DNA of 63,709 nt, filler included, from Candidatus Nezhaarchaeota archaeon WYZ-LMO8 (lineage in GTDB: Archaea; Thermoproteota; Methanomethylicia; Nezhaarchaeales; WYZ-LMO8): the NCBI GenBank assembly GCA_004347965.1. It is 4 parts of 3 records of this genome, joined end to end, with 100 filler letters (N's around TTAATTAATTAA, not from the genome) between each part and the next. Parts side by side here need not be neighbours in the genome. Positions count along the whole stretch, not along the records: positions 4,948 to 35,377 come from QNVF01000014.1; positions 35,478 to 63,709 come from QNVF01000018.1; 2 more parts are not named here. One strand, 5' to 3'. The notes below the pieces were generated by a model. That model was not told the DNA's origin, searched no databases, and saw only the letters and a list, made by a program, of their open reading frames with translations. The translations under genes were made by a program, and so were the position numbers. Shown piece by piece: positions 30,110-39,930 of the stretch (its first letter is position 1; each line of letters starts with the position of its first letter).

Positions 30110-30847
30110 TTAGATCACAACCTCTTCGCCCATGTATGCCTTAATTACACCTACATCCTTTGCGACTTCACGCGGCTCGCCATCAGCTATTATCTTCCCC
30201 TCGTTCATCACCACAACTCTCTCGACGGACCTCATGATTATCCTTAAGACGTGCTCAACCCACATAGTTGTAAGCTTAAACTCCTCTCTCAACCTTTGCA
30301 CGAGCCTTGCAACGTTATCTGCCTCTACTGGGTTAAGGCCAGCCATGACCTCGTCGACCATGATGAACTTCGGGTTCAACGCTAGAGCTCTAGCAAGCTC
30401 TACTAAACGTAACTCATATATCGGTAAGTCCCGGCAAAGAACGTCTCTCTTCCTTAAGAGGCCCACTATGTCTAGGTAGTATAAGGCTTCCATTGAGGCC
30501 TCTGTTAAAGTCATCTTCTTCTCCTTAAACCTCCTGCTCCCAATGACTGCATAAGTCACATTCTGCCACGCTGTCATGTTACCTATAACTCTAGGTATCT
30601 GAAAGGTGCGAGCTATGCCCAGCTTCACCCTCTCGTCTGCAGTCTTCTTGGTTATGTCTACACCCTCAAAGATTATTCTTCCACTATCTGCTTTGTAGAA
30701 ACCTGCTATTAAATTTATGAGTGTCGTCTTGCCAGAGCCGTTAGGACCTATAAGACCTACAATCTCTCCCTTGCGGATCTCTAAGGAGACACCGTTTACA
30801 GCAATTATACCTCCAAATCTCTTTGTTAAATCACTTACATGTAACAT
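30110..30847 (-). CDS. livG: HAAT-family ABC transporter ATPase (LivG-like)
   Basis: FGGIIAV, GPNGSGKTT, GIARTFQ, DEVMAGLN and VIKAYMG motifs. Confidence 0.92.
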   Translation of the reverse strand: MLHVSDLTKRFGGIIAVNGVSLEIRKGEIVGLIGPNGSGKTTLINLIAGFYKADSGRIIFEGVDITKKTADERVKLGIARTFQIPRVIGNMTAWQNVTYAVIGSRRFKEKKMTLTEASMEALYYLDIVGLLRKRDVLCRDLPIYELRLVELARALALNPKFIMVDEVMAGLNPVEADNVARLVQRLREEFKLTTMWVEHVLRIIMRSVERVVVMNEGKIIADGEPREVAKDVGVIKAYMGEEVVI

Positions 30848-30850
30848 GTC

Positions 30851-30860
30851 TTCACCTCCT
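30851..30860 (-). promoter_or_regulatory. Shine-Dalgarno site of livG
   Basis: AGGAGGTGAA just upstream of the ATG at 30847. Confidence 0.7.
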
Positions 30861-31941
30861 ACAACTTTCTTCTTATTCGAATAACCGGTACGTACTCCCT
30901 GTACCTTGTTTTCCTATATAATCCCCACAACCCTTCAGGTAATAAGTAGAGCGCTATTAGTAAGACTATGTATAATAATAGCAGTGAATAACCTCCACCG
31001 ATATAACTCCTCAATATGTCCCTACTCAGTACGATGAAGTATGCGCCAAGAGGTGCGCCGTATATTGCTGCCTTACCCCCAAGAACGCTACTCAGCAGGA
31101 TGAAGATCAGAACCCAAGGCTCAAGCCACATGGTTCCTGCAAAAGCGCCATAGTAGTGAGCTATAAACCACCCAGAAAGGCCCATGATGCCTGAGGTGAA
31201 GGTAAACGTGACCACCTTAATTTTCTTGGTATCTATTCCAAAGGATGACGCCACATCCTCGTCCTCGTTAATAACACCAAGCATGAAGCCCCACCTAGAC
31301 CTAAGTATCTTGTCAACTATTACAGTCAATATCAATACCATTGCGAGAGACAGGTAGAAGCAAATTAAGAGGTCATTCATGGGGTCGCCGGTATGCGCAA
31401 GTCTAGTTATTCCTGGTATACCAGTCTCAGCACCGAATATGTCGCCACGCCAAAAGATCAACTCGCCTAGTATTAGCGGTAGTACTAATGTGATTAGCGT
31501 AAAGTACAATCCTCGAGATATTACAGTTAACGGGCTTAATGCAAGCCCTACGAGTGCAGTAATGGCGAAGGAGGCTAAGAATGTTAACTCAGAACCAAGG
31601 CCATAATTCTTATTGAGCAGAGCAGCTACATAGCCGCCGACGACAAGGAAGAATTGAGGACCGAAGTTAACTCTACCTGTCCCTATAGTCTGGAGAGAAT
31701 GTGCAATCGCGCTTAAAGCTATCACGTTAGCTAATATCAGTGATGAAAGTAACGTTGTCGATCCTATACCTACAATCCCAAGCGGTACGTAGTACGCCAT
31801 TATTAGTGGAAGAAGTATCCAAAGGATAACGACTATCAACGGATTCCTCCAGTATCTGGGCTCAATAGTCCATTCAAACCTTGACTTATTTAAGAGGTGG
31901 ATTATGATCCTCCCCCTCCTCTCCTCTATCTTAATTACCAT
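30859..31941 (-). CDS. livM: HAAT-family ABC permease (LivM-like)
   Basis: GLYFTLITL, SRWG...INEDE..A.SFGID and VLGG motifs. Confidence 0.88.
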   Translation of the reverse strand: MVIKIEERRGRIIIHLLNKSRFEWTIEPRYWRNPLIVVILWILLPLIMAYYVPLGIVGIGSTTLLSSLILANVIALSAIAHSLQTIGTGRVNFGPQFFLVVGGYVAALLNKNYGLGSELTFLASFAITALVGLALSPLTVISRGLYFTLITLVLPLILGELIFWRGDIFGAETGIPGITRLAHTGDPMNDLLICFYLSLAMVLILTVIVDKILRSRWGFMLGVINEDEDVASSFGIDTKKIKVVTFTFTSGIMGLSGWFIAHYYGAFAGTMWLEPWVLIFILLSSVLGGKAAIYGAPLGAYFIVLSRDILRSYIGGGYSLLLLYIVLLIALYLLPEGLWGLYRKTRYREYVPVIRIRRKL

Positions 31942-32807
31942 ATAGTCTCAGCCCTCGCTAAACCTCTAGGCTTTAGCGCTAATATTATTACAACAACTAC
32001 TAGACATGCTAAGCCCGCTAAGCGTGGATTAACTAGGTAGGCCACGAAGGAGTAAATGGCTCCTATCATGTACGCAGCTATTATCGTCCCCTTCAAGTTG
32101 CCTAAGCCGCCAAGAACCGCAACCATTATTCCATAGGCGAACAATGTCCATCCTATAAACGGGTTTAAGGCCCACACAGGCGCTAGAAGTAGCATTACCA
32201 CGGCTGGGGGGATGGATCCGAGAATCATAGCTATTACGAACATAAGGTTAAAGTTAACCCCTATGATCCTCGACACGAGATAGCTTTGGCTAATCGCTCT
32301 CATAACGAGCCCCGTCTTCGTCTTCATGAAGAACATCACATATAGCGCGGTCATGATTAAAGAAGCTAAGGCAATAACGAAGTACTGTCCAGGAAGGGAT
32401 GCAGGTCCTACATTAACACTCCCTTCTATTACACGAGTTGGTATGAATACTCCTGCAGCTTCAGGGTACACTATACTGACCACTTGCTCAACCGCTAAGA
32501 ATAAGAGGATCAGCGCTGCTAACATGTAGTCCTCAGCTTCCATAAACTTATTCACCACGAACTTGTAGACAAGGTATGATGCTACAGCAACTAGCACGAA
32601 GGGCAGTGCTATCGATAATTCAAATGGTAAGTTTAAGTCCCTCCAAAAAAGCCAAGTACCATACGCTGCAATTAAGAAGAAGATCGGGTAAGCTAAATTA
32701 AAAACTCTCAATACGCCCGTTACGATCGAGAAGCCTAACGCAATACCCAAATACATAGAGCCAAAAATAAAAGTGTAGATGAGGGATAAGAGGAGCTCGT
32801 TGATCAT
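31935..32807 (-). CDS. livH: HAAT-family ABC permease (LivH-like)
   Basis: ALGFSIVTGVLRVFNLA, TKTGLVMRA and VLGGLGNLKG motifs. Confidence 0.9.
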   Translation of the reverse strand: MINELLLSLIYTFIFGSMYLGIALGFSIVTGVLRVFNLAYPIFFLIAAYGTWLFWRDLNLPFELSIALPFVLVAVASYLVYKFVVNKFMEAEDYMLAALILLFLAVEQVVSIVYPEAAGVFIPTRVIEGSVNVGPASLPGQYFVIALASLIMTALYVMFFMKTKTGLVMRAISQSYLVSRIIGVNFNLMFVIAMILGSIPPAVVMLLLAPVWALNPFIGWTLFAYGIMVAVLGGLGNLKGTIIAAYMIGAIYSFVAYLVNPRLAGLACLVVVVIILALKPRGLARAETIW

Positions 32808-32809
32808 CC

Positions 32810-34228
32810 TTAGCCACCGGCTCTTAGCTCCGCAGGACTCTTCACTAGCTCTGGATGGAAGTACCGCCTAGCTAACTCCTCAGGAACTTGGCGGAACGGG
32901 TTTTCTATACCACTGATACAAACTACCTTTCCATCCCTCTGGAACTGATAGTGAGGTGGTAGACATGCAGGGTATGAGTGGAAGTTCTCGTCAAGACTAC
33001 CTAAAATCGTCATTTCGGCTGGCAATAGTGTATGCTCTTCACAGGGAACTCTCTCTAAAGCTTTGATGACTGCGTCGATGTCGAACGGGCTACCTCCACG
33101 CTCGACGACATACTCAACAGCGCGCTTGAAGTGGTACACTGCTGAGTAGTAGTAGTGAGCGCTCATGTCCACTCTCAGACCTCTTCCAAGCATCTTAGCA
33201 ATGAATGGTTGAGTATATGGTGAGATAGGTATATAGTCCGGTACATCAAATACGCCTGATATAACCCCGAGCGCAGCACCACCAGTTAAGTTCCAGAACA
33301 CGGTCCAGTGGTTTGGACCACCGTAAAGCTCTAGGTATATGTCCCTCGCGCCAGATACAGCCCATTGCTTCACTAACGTGATACAATCCGTGTACCAGCT
33401 CGACATCACGAATATATATTCTGCGCCAGCTGCCTTAGCGCCCTCAAGGAATGGTAGGAACTCTTTGGTGCCAACTGGAATGTTGGCCTCGTAGACCACT
33501 GTTAAGCCCATTTCTCTAGCCAGTTCCCTTAAGGGCTTCTGCGATATCCTAATGGTCTTGGTAACCTCAGGCGTCTTAAGGGTTACGGTCATCTCAAGCC
33601 CTTGTCTCGCACCTAGGGTCCAGGCGGCCTCCTCAATTAGTATCGCTATCTTGCTCACTTTAAGGACGTTCTTAGCCTCCCAGAAGATGGCTAGTGGTCT
33701 AAGGACGTTGGCTGTGTAGTCTGCATCAAAGAGCCTGAAGGCAAACTTGTACTTATCGTACTCCTCCATAACCTTGATTGTGACCTCCGCAGCCATCCCC
33801 ACATATCCCAGGATGTGTGGATATTTTGGATATAGCTTGGCCCCCTCCTCCATTAATGCCAGCATCTCCTCACTTACGCCTTCAAGGAGGACGAAGTGAG
33901 CACCCCAATCAACGACAGCTTCTCTGTAGGCTGCAACAGCTACATCAACCTTTCTTTGGGTATCCCACTCCTTATATTCAACAGGGTAGCCAGCTATACC
34001 ACCAGCTTTCTGAAGCTCTTCAATCGCTACTTTAGCAGCTTCACCCTGACCTTTGAGGACTGAAATTGCTGGATTATATAGCAAGGCTATCTTTATGGGC
34101 TTTTTCTCTACCGGAGGTGGGGTGGGACCTGGAGGTGGAGCTGTAATGAGAGCATAACTGAGCCCACCCACAACAGCTATTACCACTACCACTATTATTG
34201 CTGCCAAGACCTTCTTTGACATAGGCAA
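32810..34228 (-). CDS. HAAT-family ABC substrate-binding protein with N-terminal TM anchor and Pro-rich linker
   Basis: TM helix, PPPGPTPPP linker, then PIKIALL...GGIAGYPVE..EWDT type-I periplasmic binding fold; first gene of the liv-like operon. Confidence 0.85.
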   Translation of the reverse strand: MPMSKKVLAAIIVVVVIAVVGGLSYALITAPPPGPTPPPVEKKPIKIALLYNPAISVLKGQGEAAKVAIEELQKAGGIAGYPVEYKEWDTQRKVDVAVAAYREAVVDWGAHFVLLEGVSEEMLALMEEGAKLYPKYPHILGYVGMAAEVTIKVMEEYDKYKFAFRLFDADYTANVLRPLAIFWEAKNVLKVSKIAILIEEAAWTLGARQGLEMTVTLKTPEVTKTIRISQKPLRELAREMGLTVVYEANIPVGTKEFLPFLEGAKAAGAEYIFVMSSWYTDCITLVKQWAVSGARDIYLELYGGPNHWTVFWNLTGGAALGVISGVFDVPDYIPISPYTQPFIAKMLGRGLRVDMSAHYYYSAVYHFKRAVEYVVERGGSPFDIDAVIKALERVPCEEHTLLPAEMTILGSLDENFHSYPACLPPHYQFQRDGKVVCISGIENPFRQVPEELARRYFHPELVKSPAELRAGG

Positions 34229-34519
34229 AAATTCTCACCTCAAATTATTTTTTTAAAGTTAAGCAAACTTTATATAGCTTCCGCCGTGAGAGTCATATTC
34301 ATCTTTTTCAAAGTCAATAGTGAAGTACATACTAACTATGAACTATCAATAACGCAAAGTTAATGTTCAATGATCCTAGTGCAAGAGCAATTTGAGCTAT
34401 GACTCTTCGCTAGAATCAATGATCCTTTTTGTTAAGAAACTCCATAAACGCTTCGCACTACGAAACTCTATGCATTTCAATATCTTCCTACATCTTTATT
34501 CACATAGTTAATAGTTATT

Positions 34520-35152
34520 TTAAGGGTTAAACGCCCTACGAGTGACACTATAGAAGTAGAGTATTCGTTGAAGAACCGTAAAGTTTGATGTCACGGCTAG
34601 TATCACGATTCCAATGCGTAGCGCGGATGAGTTAGACCAAACGATTTCTACTACAGATGAAGCCAGTATTATGATTATTCTCTCAGCTCTCTCGATTAGC
34701 CCGATGGATTCCATTTTTATACCGAAGGATTCAGCTTTGGCTCTTACATAGCTAGTAAGTAGTGAGCCTACCAATGCTATTGCTCCCCATGCTGGGTCAC
34801 AGAGCCCGCTAAGTGTGATGCCTAGTAAGACGGCTGAATCAACGTACCTATCGATTAACGAATCAAGAAAACCACCGAAAACTGTTACCTCTCCACGCGT
34901 CCTAGCCAAGGTGCCGTCCAAGGCATCGCATAAACTAGAGGACAGGAGTAGAAGGACTGCTAAGGTCAAGTAAGCTCTGTAGGCGCTCAGATCAGTAATA
35001 AGAGATCCAGCTATCCAGTAAGCTACTCCTGAAGATATGCCAAGAGCAAAGCCTAGAAAACTTATAGCATTAGGCTTGATACCAAGCCTTCGGATGACAT
35101 TCGCCCACCTATCCATTAACCTCTGGAACCATGCTCTCAGCTTGGTTAACAT
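34520..35152 (-). CDS. CDP-alcohol phosphatidyltransferase (archaetidylinositol-phosphate synthase-like)
   Basis: DALDGTLAR...G..LDSLIDRYVD motif; SYVRAKAE and ERAER segments. Confidence 0.9.
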   Translation of the reverse strand: MLTKLRAWFQRLMDRWANVIRRLGIKPNAISFLGFALGISSGVAYWIAGSLITDLSAYRAYLTLAVLLLLSSSLCDALDGTLARTRGEVTVFGGFLDSLIDRYVDSAVLLGITLSGLCDPAWGAIALVGSLLTSYVRAKAESFGIKMESIGLIERAERIIIILASSVVEIVWSNSSALRIGIVILAVTSNFTVLQRILYFYSVTRRAFNP

Positions 35153-35327
35153 CCTACACACCACTGAGGATGTGGGTAGACATGCTCTACCTTTGAATAC
35201 GCAAAAGTATTCTTTTAACTTTGTACCGCAGGTAAATGTTCATGAACTTTCGTTGAGAGAGATGCGATGAAAAATATGTAACTCTCAGGAAGAATCTTCG
35301 TATGCTTAGGCTGGTGGGTGGGAAGGA

Positions 35328-35377
35328 ATGACTCTTCAACTTAAGCCTATAGGTGTAGTACACGTCAATTTAAGCGA
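35328..35377 (+). CDS. N-terminal fragment, possibly TsaA/TrmO tRNA methyltransferase
   Basis: ATG after a purine-rich SD-like run; MTLQLKPIGVVHV resembles the TsaA N-terminus; only 16 codons precede the gap. Confidence 0.4.
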
Positions 35378-35477
35378 NNNNNNNNNNNNNNNNNNNNNNN
35401 NNNNNNNNNNNNNNNNNNNNNTTAATTAATTAANNNNNNNNNNNNNNNNNNNNNNNNNNNNNNNNNNNNNNNNNNNN
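35378..35477. other. Artificial contig linker
   Basis: N-run, TTAATTAATTAA, N-run. Confidence 0.98.
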
Positions 35478-35504
35478 AGTTGTAAGTTCCAGTCGGGGTT
35501 CAAA

Positions 35505-35999
35505 ATGGTTGACGTTCCTTTCGTTTCTACACCAGAACATGTTGCTCGCAGAATGCTTGAGTTGGCCAACGTTGGCCCCGATGATGTTGTTTACGACTTA
35601 GGTGCTGGTGATGGTAGGATAATCATTATGGCAGCCAAGGAGTTTAAGGCCAGAGCTGTTGGCGTTGAAATAAGAAAAGACCTCTATGAACGAATATTGG
35701 AGAGAGTAAAGACTGATGGGCTTGAGGGGAAAGTAAAGGTGATAAATGGCGACTTCTTTCAAGTTGACATAAGTGAAGCTAGTGTTGTAACGCTATACCT
35801 CTTAACAAGCGTTAATGAAAAGCTGAGACCTAAGCTTGAAAGAGAGCTAAAAGTTGGTGCTCGAGTAGTATCTCACGACTTTGAGGTCCCAGGCTGGAAA
35901 CCAATTCGTATTGAAAGCGTGAGAGACTACTGGTGTGACCACAAGATTTACGTCTATGAAATCGGCATAAGTACACCTAAAAAGACTGTTTTAAGGTAG
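35505..35999 (+). CDS. Class I SAM methyltransferase, archaeal protein-lysine methyltransferase (aKMT)-like
   Basis: VPFVSTP, YDLGAGDGRI, VVTLYL and GARVVSHDF motifs. Confidence 0.8.
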   Translation: MVDVPFVSTPEHVARRMLELANVGPDDVVYDLGAGDGRIIIMAAKEFKARAVGVEIRKDLYERILERVKTDGLEGKVKVINGDFFQVDISEASVVTLYLLTSVNEKLRPKLERELKVGARVVSHDFEVPGWKPIRIESVRDYWCDHKIYVYEIGISTPKKTVLR

Positions 36000-36776
36000 C
36001 TCGCTAATTATGCGAGGTAGGTCGGCTAAGCTCCTAATTACCAAGTGAGGTCTAAGCTGCTCGGGTAAAGATGAGGGGGTAACGTCCTTAGTTACTCCAG
36101 TTAGGACGAGCGCGGTGAGACACTTAAACTTCCTTCCCATCTTTATATCAGTTTCAAGTCTATCACCTACAACCAAAGCTTCTTCAGGTCTCAGCTTGAG
36201 ACCTCTTAAAGCCTCTTTGAGGGCTATTCCTGAAGGTTTACCTACCACCAGCGGCTTTACGCCGGATGCAACCTCAACCGCCTTGACTATTGAGCCTGCA
36301 CCAGGCATGATATCGCCTTCAACAGGTATTGTTGCATCCATGTTTGTTGCTATGAACCTTGCCCCTCGCCTTATCTCTCTCAATGCCTTCGATAATTTCT
36401 GGTAATTGAAATCGAAATCTAGCCCTACAACAACGATGTTAGAATTGAAGTCCACAACTTCATGCCCATAGGATCTCAATACTTCTTCTAGAGCTTTAGT
36501 ACCTATCACATAGATTTTAGAAGACCCGTAGATTCGCTTGATATAGGAAGCTGCTATCATGCTCGAAGTCAAGATTTCATCTAAAGTAACTCTTATCCCC
36601 ATGCTCTCGAGTTTTTGTTGATACTCTTGAGGAGTTTTCGTAGCGTTATTCGTTAAAAAGAGAATCTTGATTCCTCTACGCTTAAGCTCCTCTAACGCTT
36701 CAGGTACCCCATTTATCGGCTTGTCGCCGATGTACACACTGCCATCTAAATCTACTATCAGTCCTTTAATTGGCAA
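35991..36776 (-). CDS. HAD-IIA (NagD-like) phosphatase
   Basis: DLDG, LTNN, GKP and VGDRLETDI motifs. Confidence 0.92.
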   Translation of the reverse strand: MPIKGLIVDLDGSVYIGDKPINGVPEALEELKRRGIKILFLTNNATKTPQEYQQKLESMGIRVTLDEILTSSMIAASYIKRIYGSSKIYVIGTKALEEVLRSYGHEVVDFNSNIVVVGLDFDFNYQKLSKALREIRRGARFIATNMDATIPVEGDIMPGAGSIVKAVEVASGVKPLVVGKPSGIALKEALRGLKLRPEEALVVGDRLETDIKMGRKFKCLTALVLTGVTKDVTPSSLPEQLRPHLVIRSLADLPRIISELP

Positions 36777-37103
36777 TTACCTACACCTTATACTCTCCTC
36801 TAACCACTTAAGATAGTGCTCGTAGCCAGCAATGATTGGTATGGCTATAACCTCCGGAACACTATATGAGTGCATGGACTTGACGGCCTCTATTAGTCTC
36901 TGTAGAACATCAAGCTTAGTCTTAACAATAGCCAAAGCCTCATCGCACTCCTCAAACTTACCTTCAAATATGAAGAGGGAGCGAACTTTTTCTATAACAT
37001 TCACACATGCAGCTAACCCTTCTTCAACAAGCTTTCTGCCAACCTTGTATGCTTCTTCCTTGGATGGAAACGTTATGAGCACCACTAAATGGCAACCTAT
37101 CAT
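36777..37103 (-). CDS. cutA: Divalent-cation tolerance protein CutA
   Basis: LVEEGLAACVN, HSYSVPE and YLKWL motifs. Confidence 0.92.
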   Translation of the reverse strand: MIGCHLVVLITFPSKEEAYKVGRKLVEEGLAACVNVIEKVRSLFIFEGKFEECDEALAIVKTKLDVLQRLIEAVKSMHSYSVPEVIAIPIIAGYEHYLKWLEESIRCR

Positions 37104-37210
37104 TTCACGTCACCACATAAAGGAGACCACTTGGTCCATCTTAAATGTTACACCCTACTACTTTGAAGAAACCTAAATTTAATGCACTTAGTCTTTAAGG
37201 ATCCTTTAGA

Positions 37211-37230
37211 GAAAGAAATGTTTATATAAG
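37211..37230 (+). promoter_or_regulatory. Putative BRE/TATA promoter of the arg/lys operon
   Basis: Purine-rich GAAAGAAATG followed by TTTATATA about 45 nt upstream of argG. Confidence 0.55.
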
Positions 37231-37273
37231 CTATTCTTCAAAGCTCTTTCTATCTACTCAAAGGTAGAAAGGT

Positions 37274-38500
37274 ATGAAGGTCGTTTTAGCTTACTCAGGA
37301 GGACTTGATACATCAGTAGCTATTAAGTGGTTACAGGAGAAGTACGATGCAGAAGTAATAACTGTAACTCTAGACGTAGGTCAAATGGAGGATCTTAAAG
37401 CAATTGAGGAGAAAGCCAAAGCCTTAGGTGTCTATAAGCATTACTCGATGAACGTTGTTGATGAGTTTGTCGAAAGATTCATTGCGCGAGCCATAAAGGC
37501 GAATGCCCTCTATCAAGGTAAGTACCCGCTTCATAGTGCTCTCTCCAGACCCCTAATTGCTGAAAAGCTCGTCGAAGTAGCCTTGAAGGAGGAGGCAGAT
37601 GCAGTAGCACATGGATGTACCGGTAAGGGGAACGACCAGGTTAGGATAGAGGTTACTGTTAAAGCTCTAGCCCCTCACCTCAAGATAATAGCTCCAGTAC
37701 GAGAATGGGGGCTTAGTAGGGATAAAGAGATAGAGTACGCGAGAAAGAAGGGTATCCCGATTCCGATAAAGGATAAGCCGTACAGTATTGACCAGAACTT
37801 GTGGGGAAGGTCCATAGAGTGTGGTCCACTTGATGATCCCTATGCAGAGCCTCCCGAAGACGCTTTTGAGTGGACTGTTAATCCGCTCAAAGCTCCAAAC
37901 GAGCCCACCTACGTAACCTTAACCTTCAAGAATGGGCTGCCAGTTGCGCTTAACGATATTGAGATGAGTCTTAAGGACGTAATAATCTCATTGAATAAAT
38001 TGGCTGGACGACATGGTGTTGGTAGGATAGATCACATAGAAGATCGCGTCGTAGGAATAAAGAGTAGAGAGGTGTATGAGGCTCCTGCAGCGGTATGCAT
38101 TATTGAGGCTCATAAAGACTTAGAGAAGATGACACTAACGAAGCATGAACTAGTGTTTAAGTTGATTGTCGATGACAGGTGGAGTAGACTCGTGTACGAA
38201 GGTTTGTGGTGTGATCCTCTACGCGAAGATCTTGACGCCTTTATCGAGAAGACTCAAGAGAGGGTTGAGGGTGACGTTAGGTTAAAGCTCTACAAGGGCA
38301 CAGTGAATGTTGTTGGTAGGAGGTCCTCTAAGTCACTTTATGAACTTGATCTTGCAACTTATGAAGAGTGGAGTAAATTTGATCAAAAATTAGCTAAAGG
38401 ATTCATAGAGCTATGGGGGTTACAAACGTACATTGCTAGATCGAGGGGTGGTAGAGCTGAGCCAAATGTGGGAGGCAAGGATCAAAACACCAAGTATTGA
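37274..38500 (+). CDS. argG: Argininosuccinate synthase
   Basis: LAYSGGLDTS, HGCTGKGNDQVR, YSIDQNLWGRSIE and GIKSREVYE motifs. Confidence 0.97.
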   Translation: MKVVLAYSGGLDTSVAIKWLQEKYDAEVITVTLDVGQMEDLKAIEEKAKALGVYKHYSMNVVDEFVERFIARAIKANALYQGKYPLHSALSRPLIAEKLVEVALKEEADAVAHGCTGKGNDQVRIEVTVKALAPHLKIIAPVREWGLSRDKEIEYARKKGIPIPIKDKPYSIDQNLWGRSIECGPLDDPYAEPPEDAFEWTVNPLKAPNEPTYVTLTFKNGLPVALNDIEMSLKDVIISLNKLAGRHGVGRIDHIEDRVVGIKSREVYEAPAAVCIIEAHKDLEKMTLTKHELVFKLIVDDRWSRLVYEGLWCDPLREDLDAFIEKTQERVEGDVRLKLYKGTVNVVGRRSSKSLYELDLATYEEWSKFDQKLAKGFIELWGLQTYIARSRGGRAEPNVGGKDQNTKY

Positions 38501-39929
38501 GGCCACACAATACATATCGTCAATAAGCTTCGATGACAGGATAGCCTTAGATGTAGTTAGGGTGAACATCGCTCATCTACTAATGCTTGTCAAGCAAGGG
38601 ATCATTAATGTAAGCGATGGAAGGGCTATATACGGAGTCTTAAAACGGTTACTTCAAGGCTTTAGTTTAAGACCACAATTAGAAGACGTTCACATGCACA
38701 TTGAGGATGAAGTGATAAAAGAGGTTGGAGTAAGTGTTGGGGGCAAGCTACACACAGGGAAAAGTAGGAATGACCAGGTAGCAACTGCACTACGTATGAC
38801 GGCAAAGAGGGTCATCATCGAATTAGCTCACGAGTTGCTAAAGTTGAGGGAGACTTTGCTAAGCCAATGTGAGAAACACATAAACACCATAATGCCAGGA
38901 TACACTCATCTTCAACATGCACAACCAATAACGCTCGCACACCACTTACTAGCATATCACGATAAGTTTGATAGGGACTTCAAGAGGTTGTTAGAGGTCT
39001 ATGAAAGGGTAGACGAAAGTCCCATGGGTAGTGCTGCACTTGCTGGTAGCAGCTTTAACTTAGATAGAGAGTACGTAGCGAAGCTCTTGGGCTTCTCGAA
39101 GATAGAGGAAAACACGGTCGACGCAGTCTCAGATAGAGATTTCATGGTCGAGCTAGCTTTTGCTGCTGCAATGATAATGATTCACCTGAGCCAGATAGCT
39201 GAAGAATTGGTGCTGTGGAGTACGTGGGAGTTCGGGTTCGTGGAGCTTCCAGACGCATACTCATCGACGAGTAGCATAATGCCTCAGAAGAAGAATCCCG
39301 TGGTGGCTGAGGTGGTTAGAGCCAGAGCATCGCAAGTCCTTGGGATGTTATTTTCAGCTTTAAGCATTCTAAAGAGACTACCGTTAAGCTACAACTTAGA
39401 TCTTCAGGAGGTCACACCCTCCGTATGGTTCTCTGTTGAAGAGACATTGAGGGCTCTAAGAATCATAAAGGGCGTTATTGAGGGGTTGCAGTTCGATGTA
39501 AAAAGGATGCATGATGCTGCCGAGCTTGGCTTCTCCACCGTAACTGAGCTTGCAAACGAGATCGTTAGGCGCTTCAACTTGCCATTTAGGGTAGCTTATA
39601 GGATTGTTGGTAGATTAGTCAAGGAGGCCGTCGATGCCGGTTTAACTCCCAACGAGATAACGTCAGAGATGCTTGAGAAGGTTGCACTATGTGAGGGGGT
39701 CTTAATAAAAATCGACGAGGAAGTCATTAGAGAGTCTCTTAATCCTGAAATGTGCGTAGCTAAGTGTAAGGTTTCCGGAGGTCCCTCACAGCGCTCTGTT
39801 GTCGACATGATTAATGGTCGTAAGCTCAAGTTACTAACGGATTCCGATAGGATCATTGAACTTAAGAGAAAAATCGAGGAGATCGACCTTCAGCTTGAGA
39901 GCGAAGCTAAAAGACTTGGGGCGGCATGA
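38466..39929 (+). CDS. argH: Argininosuccinate lyase
   Basis: GKSRNDQV, MPGYTHLQHAQP and SSIMPQKKNP motifs; probable ATG at 38466. Confidence 0.96.
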   Translation: MWEARIKTPSIEATQYISSISFDDRIALDVVRVNIAHLLMLVKQGIINVSDGRAIYGVLKRLLQGFSLRPQLEDVHMHIEDEVIKEVGVSVGGKLHTGKSRNDQVATALRMTAKRVIIELAHELLKLRETLLSQCEKHINTIMPGYTHLQHAQPITLAHHLLAYHDKFDRDFKRLLEVYERVDESPMGSAALAGSSFNLDREYVAKLLGFSKIEENTVDAVSDRDFMVELAFAAAMIMIHLSQIAEELVLWSTWEFGFVELPDAYSSTSSIMPQKKNPVVAEVVRARASQVLGMLFSALSILKRLPLSYNLDLQEVTPSVWFSVEETLRALRIIKGVIEGLQFDVKRMHDAAELGFSTVTELANEIVRRFNLPFRVAYRIVGRLVKEAVDAGLTPNEITSEMLEKVALCEGVLIKIDEEVIRESLNPEMCVAKCKVSGGPSQRSVVDMINGRKLKLLTDSDRIIELKRKIEEIDLQLESEAKRLGAA

Positions 39930-39930
39930 A

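Noticed and set aside
34367..34428. TCAATGATCCT occurring twice upstream of the ABC operon
   Set aside because: Two short copies about 50 nt apart and well upstream of the TATA-like box; too weak to call an operator.
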